A stretch of DNA of 61,768 bases from Octopus sinensis (Eukaryota): positions 1 through 61,768 of the forward strand of contig NW_021832410.1 in the NCBI RefSeq assembly GCF_006345805.1, in the 5' to 3' direction. A model generated the notes under the pieces. That model saw only the letters and a program-made list of their open reading frames with translations. It was not told where the DNA came from and made no database searches. Below are positions 52,268-61,768 of this stretch, in pieces; positions within the stretch are counted from its first letter, which is position 1; each line of letters opens with the position of its first letter. The translations under genes and the position numbers were made by a program.

Positions 52268-52518
52268 CCCTTCAATTGTTAAATTTATTTTCATGTTTAT
52301 TCCAATAATGATGTTCGAATATCTACGAAAATAAAACTTTAGAATTGCTATTTTCTGCAATTCCTGTTTCTGGTTCAATGAACTGGACATATCTCAACAA
52401 GAACCAGTTTCAGACATGACATTCCTCAACAAAACTTGATTTGTTTTATAAAACTATCCTTCACAGATAAGGGTAATGGAATTTGGAGTGGAATTGTCAG
52501 ATTTCTGCAGAAAAAGGG
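52268..52518. mobile_element. piggyBac-type MITE (second family)
   Basis: TTAA 52264-52267 | ccctt ... aaggg | TTAA 52519-52522; 251 bp. Confidence 0.7.
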
Positions 52519-52609
52519 TTAAAAACAATTGTCTTTGGGATACATAAATATCCTTTGATGGAATTTCTCATATTGTTCTGGTTCCTTTGTTGTTTACCGA
52601 TTTTCCAGT

Positions 52610-53284
52610 CAACAAGCTAGCCAGCCAGCCAAGCCAACCATCCAACCAACCATCCATCCGTCCAACCATCCATCCATCCATTCATCCATCCATCCTTCCA
52701 TCCATCTCTCAGGCCTTCCATCCTTCCTTTCCTCTCTCCCTCTCTCCATCCATCCTCCCTCCCTCCCTCTTTCCATTCATCCATCCAGCCATCCAGCCAT
52801 CCAACCATCCAGCCAGTCAGCTAGCCAGTCAACCATCCATCCATCCATCCATTCCTCCATACATCCAACCATCCATCCTCCCTCCCTTCCATCTATCTAT
52901 CCATTCCTCCATCAATCCATCCTTCCCTCCCTCCCTCCCTCCCTTCATCCATCCATCCAAATCTCCATCCATCCAAATCTCCATCCATTCCTCCATCCAT
53001 CCATTCTTCCATCCATCCATCCATTCATTCCTCCATCCATCCATCCAAATCTCCATCCATCCATTCCTCCATCCATCCATCCATTCCTCCATCCATCCAA
53101 ATCTCCATCCATCCATTCCTCCATCCATCCATCCATTCCTCCATCCATCCAAATCTCCATCCATTCATTCCTCCATCCATCCATCCATTCCTCCATCCAT
53201 CCAAATCTCCATCCATCCATCCATCCATCCATCCTTCCCTCCCTCCCTCCATCCATCCAACCATCCATCCAACCATCCATCCAT

Positions 53285-53316
<32 letters not shown>

Positions 53317-53340
53317 ACAGCCAGCCAGCCAGCCGGCCAG
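52610..53340. repeat. (CCAT)n/(CCAG)n tetranucleotide tract with higher-order ccaaatct units
   Basis: Six ccaaatct interruptions between ~52955 and 53210. Confidence 0.95.
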
Positions 53341-54597
53341 TGGTATGTCATATCGGACATAAAAGACGCACAGACAGACAGATAAAACAGTGAGGCAAAC
53401 ACGAGTAACAAAGCCAGACAGAGATAATTCGCGACTGGAAGAGAAAAAAGAAGAAAAGAAACATCTGGAATTGTTGAAAAATTAAATCTTTTTTTTTTAT
53501 CGGATTTTTTCAGACAGAAATCTCAACTCGAAACAATTGGTTTTTGTCTTGTTTGTTTGTTTGTTTATTTTGTTTATTTTGTTTGCTTTGTTTGTTTGTT
53601 TGCACTTTGCAATGAATTATCGACGTTTTGCCGCAGCCCTCATCGTCGTCGTCGTCCTCCTCCTCCCCCTCCCCTCCCCTCCTTATCATCATCATCATCG
53701 TCACCATCATCGTTATATTCCTCCTCCACCTCCACCTCCTCCTCCTCCACCTCCACCTCCACCTCCTCCGCCACCTCCTCTTTCTCCTCCCCCACCTCAT
53801 ACCCCACCTCCTCGTCGTCGTCGCCGCCGTCTTCCTCCTCCTCCTCCTTCCCCTCCTCCTCCTCCTCCTCCTTCCCCTCCTCCTCCTCCTCCTCATCATC
53901 ATCATTATCATCATTATCGTCGTTACCATCATTGCTGTATTCCCCTCCTCCTCTCCTCCTCCTCGTCGCCGTCGTCCTTTTCTTCCTTCTCCTCCTCATC
54001 ATCATCATCATTATCTTCATCATCGTCATCGTCTTCGTCGTCGTCGTTGTCGTCATAGTCGTCATCGTCTCCATGACCACCATCTTCATCATCGTCTCAT
54101 TTCCATCATCACCGTCGTCGTCACCACCACCACCACCACCACCACCACCACCATCATCATCATTGTCGTCACCACCAGCACCTCATCCAGCGCTTCCGCC
54201 TCCGTCAGCATCAGCATCAGCACCAGAACCAGAAGCAACACTAGCACCACCATCATCATCATCATTGTCGTCACCACCAGCAGCACTACCTGCACCACTA
54301 GCACCTCCACCGCCACCATCACCACCACCATCATCACCACCACCACCACTACCACCACCATCACCACCACCACCACCACCATCACCACCACCATCATCAT
54401 CATCATCATGATCATCATCATCGCCATCATCACCGTCATCATCATTACCATCGCCATCACTGTCGAGCTGGTTCGGACGAAAATCCCCCTGGTGGCCAAT
54501 TGACACAGACGTATAATGAAGCTGATCAGTAAAAACAAGTATCGGACATTATCACTTAATCACTGACGTAATAATTAATTAATATTAACGAGGATGT

Positions 54598-54817
54598 AGG
54601 GCGGGCGAACTGGTAGAATAGTTAGCAAGCCGGACAAAACGCTTGACGGCGTTTCGTCCGACTTCACATTTTCAGTTCAAACTTTCGCCGAAGTCGACTT
54701 TGCCTTCCATCCTTTCGAGGTCGATAAAATAAGTACCAGTTGTGTACTGGGGTCGATGTAATCGACTCACCCTTACCTCTTCGGAATTGCGGGCCTTGTG
54801 CCAAAATTTGAAAGCAA
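54598..54817 (+). mobile_element. SINE family C, diverged copy
   Basis: ggcgaactggtagaatagttagc...gttcaaactttcgccgaagtcgactttgccttccatcctttcgaggtcgataaaataagtaccagtt. Confidence 0.82.
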
Positions 54818-55106
54818 TGTTATTATTGATAATGTATAATAATGACAATATCGTTTATCCTGTTTCGGCCAATGGACTGTGGCCATGCTGGGGCACCACC
54901 TCGAAGAATTGACCCCACCCCAGCAGGAATTGCTTTTTTTTTATTTTGGTTTCACTTTTGAAGCCTGGTACATATTCCATCGGTCGCTTTTGCCGAACCG
55001 CTAAGTTACAGGTACATAACCCCCTTACACACACACACACATGCAGTAAAATTTGTTGGCTGCCGACAAATTTTTCTCCTTTTAAAAAAGGATTTTATCC
55101 TTTATA

Positions 55107-56372
55107 TCAGGTCATCCTATAAGTTCTGTCAGATTTTACGTTCTTTAGAATTGAATGAAATTTAATATTTTAGAATGTCTAATGGAATTAAAAATTATTT
55201 TTATGAATTTGTGTACATTTAAACTAATTAAATATTATTTTACAGAATAATAGAATTAAAATATCTTTGATTAAAACCCTTTCTAACATGGAAGTATCCA
55301 AAGAGCATTTGCGGCAAATAATGCTTTATGAGTACAAAAAAGGAAACTCTGCAGCCGAAGCGACTCGAAACATACACTCAGTCTATGAGAAAGAATGCTT
55401 GAATGAAAGAACTTGCAGAAGATGGTTTGCAAAATTCAGAAGTGGAGATTTCAGCCTTGAAGATGAGTTTGATGATAAGCTCCTTGGGGCATTACTTGAA
55501 GAAAATCCTGCATTATCAGTTGAAGAATTGGCAATAAAGCTTAGTTCAAACCATACAATTGTCCGTCGTCATCTTCAACAACTTGGAAAGGTTCCTAAAC
55601 TTGGAAAATGGGTGTCTCATGAATTGTCCGAAAGCAACCGCAATTCCCGAGTTGACATCTGCTCTTCTCTCCATTCTCGCGAACATATTTCACCCTTTTT
55701 GGATAGACTTGTGACTGATGACGAATAATGGATCTTCTATCGAAATGTTAAACGTTGTAAACAGTGTCTTGGTAAAAGGGAAAAAGTTCAACCACAACCG
55801 AGAAGGGAATTTCATGGAGAAAAAGGTTCTTCTCTCTATCTGGTGGGATTGCAAAGGAGTAATTCACTTTTGAATTGTTACCACCTAATGCAACAATCAA
55901 TGCTCAAGTCTACTTTCAGTAATTAGAGTGTTTGAACCAAGCTTTGAAGGAAAAAAAAGCCCCGCTTTAGTGAATCGAAAAGGAGTGATGTTTCATCAGG
56001 ACAATGCGTGACCCTACACTGCAAAGATCACATCACAGAAGATCGAAGAGAGCTTGGTTGGGAAAAATTCCTCATCCACCTTATTCTCTAGATATTGCTC
56101 CTTCAGACTACCATTTGTTTCGTAGTTTACAGAATCGTTTGGGGGACATAACTTTCGCAAGCCAGGAGGAGGTCGAAACTGACATTTCAGAGTTCTTCGC
56201 TTTGAAACCAAAAGAGTTTTACATTGATGGGATTAAAAAGCTTGTAAATAGACGGAAGGAAGTCATAGATAATCAGGGAAAGTACATTGCTGACTAAATT
56301 TCAATTAAATATAACATTTGATCACTTGTTTTCTTTATTGAAAATTCGGACAGAACTTATGGGATGAGCTAA
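55107..56372 (+). mobile_element. Near full-length mariner (DD34D-type) DNA transposon, family 1, non-functional
   Basis: Left TIR tcaggtcatcctataagttctgtcagatttt at 55107; right TIR reverse complement ttagctcatcccataagttctgtccgaatttt ending 56372. TA on both flanks; 1266 bp. Confidence 0.95.
55288..56297 (+). pseudogene. Mariner transposase pseudogene (HTH + DDD domain)
   Basis: MEVSKEHLRQIMLYEYKKG..., WVSHEL (WVPHEL), VTDDE (TGDE), HQDNA, HPPYSLDIAPSDYHLF (YSPDLAPSD). Several in-frame stops (e.g. after TDDE at 55728), frameshifts and a short deletion after SLEDE. Confidence 0.93.
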
Positions 56373-56482
56373 TATATATACTGTTCAGTATCTACGTGTT
56401 GCATAAAATTTATCTTTCTACACACACACACGCACATATATATATATATGTATGTATTTATGTATGTATGTATGTATGTATG

Positions 56483-56514
<32 letters not shown>

Positions 56515-56572
56515 ATGTATATGTATGTATATATCTATATATATATGTATATGTATGTAGTATATATATGTT

Positions 56573-56630
<58 letters not shown>

Positions 56631-57485
56631 TAAGTATATGTATGTATTTATGAATTCCATGTATGTGATATGCATACACACACGTGTGTGTGTGTGTGTG
56701 TGTGTGAGTGTGTGTTTAAATGTAAGTAATCTTTTGCAAAAGGTGGCAACTGCTTCCACATTTCGTCCTATTGAGGTACGGAATATATATTTCAAAAATA
56801 TATTTTCGGCTTCTTTTATCATCAACTTCTAAGAATCTTTTCCAATGATGTCTATAAGTGGTCGATAGAGATCATTCCTCCTCTATTTCTTGAAATACCG
56901 AAAGAAAAGAAAAAAAAAGAAAAAGTTACAAATGAAAACGAACAAAAACCGAAAAAGAAGAAAGAAAACGGTTAATTAATTCCGTTAAGCTGAAAGAGGA
57001 ATTGTTACAATTCTCTCATACGATATAATATTTGATCTCTAATTCTTCAGACAAATTCTAAGACTGATGTATCATGTGTAGTTGAAGTGGTGGTGGTGGT
57101 GGTGGTGGTGGTGGTGGCTTTGATGGAAGTGTTGGGGGTGGGTCAAACGTCTGTGCGTGCGTGCGCGCGTGTGTGTGTTGGTGCAGGTGACTTTACAACG
57201 TTTGGATGGATAGTTCGATGGATGGAGGGATGGGGAGGGGAAGAGAGGGATAGAGGTGAGTGATCGATCGATCGATCGAACGATTGATGCTCTTTGAATT
57301 CTATATATAGCAGATGAAGCTTTTTGTTGTTGTCTCACCTCAGGTAATCTTCAATCAAGCGGAACTGTATACACACACGCACTCACACACACACACACGC
57401 ATGCACACACACATACACACACATTTATAAATACAATACATACATGTGTATATATATATATCTGTGTGTGTGTATACCTACCTAC

Positions 57486-57521
<36 letters not shown>

Positions 57522-57525
<4 letters not shown>

Positions 57526-58732
57526 GTCTTCCTATAACTAATGCGGGTTTTTTATACTTCTTTTAGTTTTCAAAATTTAGATAAAGTTCTTTTTTAATCT
57601 AAAACATACTCTCTTTCATTTTCTACAATGCTCTACCCTATGTCTGGTCGAATTGTAAGACCCCTTTTCTAAAATTCACCAGTCCCTGAAGAAAAATACT
57701 CCTCCAGTACTGTTCTGATCTCGTCTACAGAATTCCTAATTCTTCCGTCCAAATGATTTTGAAGACTACAGAATAAATGATAATCAGATGGGGTAATGTC
57801 CGGTGAATATGGTGGGTGAGACATCGTTTCCCATTCAAACTGCTGCAGCCTTTGGATTGTCATCCTCGCTGTATGTTGTCCAGCATGGAAGTACACGTTT
57901 CGTCTTGGAACCAAAGATGGTTGTTTTTCTTCTAGCGCTGGGTTTAAAATTTCAAATGGACTAAACTTTTCACATCCCACCAAACAGAGAGCAACACCTT
58001 ATGTGTGTGAAGACCTTCTTTAGCTTGGGGATACCATTGCATTTCTTTTCCCTACCCATTTGCTTGACATTTTTATAGAGAACCCATTTCTCGTTACCAT
58101 TCGTTATTTGTTCCAAAAAAGTTCTTTGTTGAGACGTAACAGCAAAGAAAAGCACGCATTCACTCACTGCGCGCGATTATACTCAGAAAGTTTGTGAGGA
58201 ACCCATTGACCCAATTTGCTGACTCTTCCGATAGCACGCAGGTGTCGATGAATGGTTGAACGAACAAATTCAAACTTCTCTGCTAGTTCCTCAACAGCTA
58301 CGATTGGATTTTGTTCCACTATGGTTTGCAGGACGTCTTCGCCGAACACCACAGATCTTCCAGGACGTGGCTAGAGATTTCTGGAACCACACTTAAAACC
58401 GGCTTACGCTTATTGTCCATATACTGCATTAATATTCCTCGCCATATACTGCATTAATATTCCTCGCACTTTCCGTTGCATTGTTGCCTTTATTGAACTG
58501 ATAAAGCAAGGTAAGCCGAATATACTTCTTTCTCACTTCCATTATAGCTTTGAAAAAAAACAAAAAAACTATTAAAATCGAACTGCACTCTTCAAAACTT
58601 GCACTAAGAATAAGTACAAGGTAAAATTACTACCTTCTTTCATAGCAAGTTGATGCAGGTAGTTTATCCCGTGCCCCTCCGACTTTTAGTTCATGCAATT
58701 GAAAAATCTGCATTATTTATGGGATGACTCAA
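57522..58732 (-). mobile_element. Near full-length mariner DNA transposon, family 2, non-functional
   Basis: TIRs ttgggtcttcctataactaatgcgggttttt (57522) and reverse complement ttgagtcatcccataaataatgcagatttttc (ends 58732). TA flanks; 1211 bp. Confidence 0.93.
57594..58542 (-). pseudogene. Mariner transposase pseudogene
   Basis: Minus strand MEVRKKYIRLTLLYQFNKGNNATESARNINAVYG..., GQWVPHKL, ITNGNEKW, HPPYSPDITPSDYHLF, C-terminus SIVENEREYVLD*. Frameshifts include an exact 25-bp tandem duplication at 58417-58466. Confidence 0.92.
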
Positions 58733-58751
58733 TATATATATACATATATAT

Positions 58752-58836
<85 letters not shown>

Positions 58837-59029
58837 CATATACATACATACATGTATGTATACATACATGTATGCACAAATCTTTTATCTGTTGCTTGCT
58901 TTAGTCATTAGACTGCGACCGCGCTGGGATATCGGCTTGGTGGGTTTTGTCGAACTCCAGTACTTACACATATCGAATGAAAGAAAATGTCTTTTGTTCT
59001 ACGCACTCTTTTACTAAAACCCATCTAAA

Positions 59030-59280
59030 CACGCGCATAACGGCGGCAGTTCAACATGTAATTCTTGGAGACACCATCAGCATTGTATCCTGGACTCACT
59101 GGCAGTTTCGGGTCTTATAAGGTACACCAGCATTCGAGCGATCCGATCTAGACTAACGAAGACTAAGACTAGACCTACAACCGAAATGGTACTCTACTGA
59201 CCCCACTGGTCATCTCTTTGCAGCTAGAGCCATCTAAGATACTTTCTCAGCAGCCTCTACGTTGTTCTCGCTGCTTCTTC
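59030..59280 (-). mobile_element. Possible Hero/NeSL-like (RLE) LINE 3' end
   Basis: Minus strand EAAEKVS / RWL*LQRDDQW resembles the AAEKASxWLWxKR C-terminus; followed by a UTR containing gacccgaaactgcc...ccaggatacaatgctgatggtgtc. Confidence 0.45.
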
Positions 59281-59475
59281 TTCTGATCGTTCCTGCATAC
59301 ATAAAAACGTGCATGTATGCATACACACATCTGTATGCATGTGTGTGTGTGTGTGTGTGTTTGTATGTGTGTGGATATATATGTTCTTTTGCCTTTTACT
59401 AGTTTTACTTGTTTCAGTCATCTGACTGTGGCCATGCTGGAGCACCATCTTTTAGTCGAAGAAATCAAAGAAATC

Positions 59476-59520
<45 letters not shown>

Positions 59521-59548
59521 GTTATATATATATATATATGTATATAGA

Positions 59549-59601
<53 letters not shown>

Positions 59602-59613
59602 TATGTATATATG

Positions 59614-59647
<34 letters not shown>

Positions 59648-60789
59648 ATATATATATATGTATATATATGTATATATATATATAATATATATATATATAT
59701 AGGTGATAAATAAAAATATATGCATACATACAAACATATATGTACGTACCTACATCTACATGTATGTATACATGCATATATAAATAATTATACGTGAGTA
59801 CAGGACATCACAATAAGACGTAGAAACGGAAAAAAAACAAAAAACAAAAAACAAGAAAACGAAAAACGAAAAACAAGAAAACGAAAAACAATTACAGGAC
59901 GAGCTACACAAGGACAAAACCCCCGTCATCAGCTGTCGCTAGTGGAGTCAGGCATGTTTCGAAGGCATAGACAGAACACTAATCCAATAGGCCTTCCTGC
60001 GAGAGAATTAAAATAAAAGCAGCGGGGCAAAATGAGTACGAACACAAACAAGACGTAACAATAAAATTGCAAAATTAAAATACATGTACAAAAACAAGCA
60101 CACAAGAGGACGAACGAAAAAGCCTTTTTTTCTGGCATAGACAACAATAAAACTGCAAAAATAAAAATACATGTACAAAAAATACAATAAGTTACAAAAC
60201 GAGAAAATAAAAAGAATACGATACAGAAAATCAACCACACAGGGGGACGAACGAAAAAGCCTTTTGCTGGCGAAGACGAAAAGTATTGTATCAGCGCGTG
60301 GAGGCAGTCTTTTCAATAGTAAGAACCACGTGTAAAGGAATTTTGTTTTATAGGCAAAGAAGAAGGAAGGAGGAGAGGGACACGCGGCGAAGAGAGTGGG
60401 GGAGTGGGAGGGAGAGAGATTGAAGAGGTTATATATATATATATATATATACATATTTATATACATATATAATATATATATATATATATTATATATATAT
60501 ATATATAAATATAGATATATACATATACATATATATATTAGCTATAGTTACAACTTATATACAGAATGAAAAATATTTTCTGATGTGCCACGGTGAGGCA
60601 CATGTGAAAGTAAGTTAAATTAGGAACTAAAAGCCTGCTCTATGATAATCAAGTGTTCTTTAATCCTCAGCGTTGTATAAGAAGCTTATCCCAGACGCTA
60701 TCCCGCAGTAAATTCAGCGTTTGAACAAAACACACATACCGACTAATTTTTTTTCGTATTTCAAGCTTTATCAGTCTCAACCAAATTAC

Positions 60790-60960
60790 AAACAAAAAGC
60801 ATTTCTCTACCAAAAAGCATTCCATCAAATTCCATCAAATTCTGTTGCCATGGTCTATGCCAGATGCTTGATTGCACGGTTATCCCTTCTGGCTGGTTTA
60901 AAAGCCCAAAAACTTCTGCATCCGTTTTCTACCTCATCCATTGGAATTGTTACTGTCTTC
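60790..60960 (-). mobile_element. Possible Hero/NeSL-like LINE C-terminal remnant
   Basis: Minus strand EVENGCRSF...RAIKHLA resembles VEVGCRGF...RAIK; heavily decayed. Confidence 0.3.
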
Positions 60961-61029
60961 TTCTTCTTCTTCTTCTTCTTCTTCTTCTTCTTCTTCTAAT
61001 AAAAATATTTAAGGTTTTGTGTCTAGAGT

Positions 61030-61087
61030 TGGAATGACTATTATCCTTGCTGCTGCTGCTGTTGTTGTTGTTGCTGTCGATGCTACC

Positions 61088-61126
<39 letters not shown>

Positions 61127-61342
61127 GTGTTTCTTGCTGTCGTTGTGGTTATTGTTCTTCTTGTAGTTATTCTCTCTGGTTGATGTTGTTGCTATTTTCG
61201 CTGTTGCTCTTTCTGCTGTTGTCTTCTTCTTCTTCTTCTTCTTCTTCTTCTTCTTCTTCTTCTTCTTCTTCTTCTTCTTCTTCTTCTTCTTCTTCTTCTT
61301 CTTCTTCTTCTTCTTCTTCTTCTATCTTCTTCTTCTTCTTCT

Positions 61343-61374
<32 letters not shown>

Positions 61375-61375
61375 C
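61030..61375. repeat. (CTG)n, (GTT)n and (CTT)n triplet tracts
   Basis: Direct reading; near-pure (CTT)n from ~61222 to 61372. Confidence 0.97.
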
Positions 61376-61629
61376 AAACAGGACTCACGCCATTAGCCAC
61401 AAAAAATAATCTCTAATTCGAGCCTACCCTAAGCTACTAAGAATGCGTGTGGCAACTTGAAGATCCACCCACCACACACGCGATAGACTGGCGGTTACAC
61501 GGACGCGAAAGCTATGTTGTTTTCCTCATTCCGTAAATGGTGACTTTTGATGGGTGGAGAGCTGAACCATCCTGGGGTACAGAAGATTCGCAATCTAGAC
61601 TAGGGTCTGAAAGTTTACCACACCATAGT

Positions 61630-61768
61630 GGGTTACAAAGTTGTGGTGAAAGAGTACAGCGGGGTTCACCATCCTCGCCACGTGGAGCTTCTTGGAGCAG
61701 AAATGCTTTTGCTCAATAAACACTCACAATACCCGGTCCGCTGCCCTAATCACTGGGCCATTGCGCCT
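61630..61768 (-). mobile_element. tRNA-head SINE, 5' part at window end, head partly deleted
   Basis: Reverse complement aggcgcaatggcccagtgattagggcagcggaccggg...gtgagtgtttattgagcaaaa...ctgtactctttcaccacaacttt; A-box present, B-box region missing. Confidence 0.65.

Noticed and set aside
52587-53411. 268-aa PSIH-repeat ORF and MDGW-repeat antisense ORFs
   Set aside because: Direct read-out of (CCAT)n.
53537-54538. Overlapping 107-291-aa ORFs on both strands (Pro/Ser/Glu-rich, mucin- or extensin-like)
   Set aside because: All frames are open because the DNA is compound triplet microsatellite; no unique sequence to support coding.
55267-56297. An active mariner transposase or domesticated SETMAR-like gene
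   Set aside because: Multiple stops and frameshifts, intact transposon ends, and no SET domain or splice sites.
56720-56900. Minus-strand exon-like segment after a strong pyrimidine tract
   Set aside because: Every frame from either candidate AG hits a stop within 20 codons.
59910-59975. Minus-strand GAAAC...CTGATGA permuted hammerhead
   Set aside because: The nucleotides that must close helix II are C and C, and I could not find a suitable NUH triplet with helices.

Overview
AT-rich eukaryotic genomic DNA saturated with microsatellites ((TA)n, (CA)n, (CAT/CAC)n, (CT)n, (CCAT)n) and short interspersed repeats. The repeat repertoire looks like octopus / coleoid cephalopod DNA; this is my recognition, not a database result. 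Almost all ORFs in the six-frame track are repeat artefacts. I see no rRNA, genuine tRNA gene, CRISPR array or prokaryotic system. Best gene candidate: two + strand exons (30776-30912, 32004-32118) with canonical splice sites that join in frame into a 79-aa Ser/Pro-rich peptide carrying both classical ERK/MAPK docking motifs. The rest is a transposon graveyard: three decayed mariner copies, a Tc1-like fragment, piggyBac-type MITEs, a pogo-like end, CR1/L2-group and possibly Hero-like LINE remnants, Penelope-like (PLE) remnants and at least five SINE-like families. Unexplained structure worth following up: a type III hammerhead-ribozyme-like fold 1.35 kb downstream of the small gene, several PLE-type hammerhead-like motifs, a PLE fragment bounded by 105-bp inverted repeats, a 319-bp microsatellite-bodied insertion with a 21-bp target-site duplication, a ~260-bp inverted repeat flanking an exon-like segment, and several fold-back hairpins. 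Repeat boundaries were read by eye and are approximate unless TIR, TSD or splice positions are quoted.
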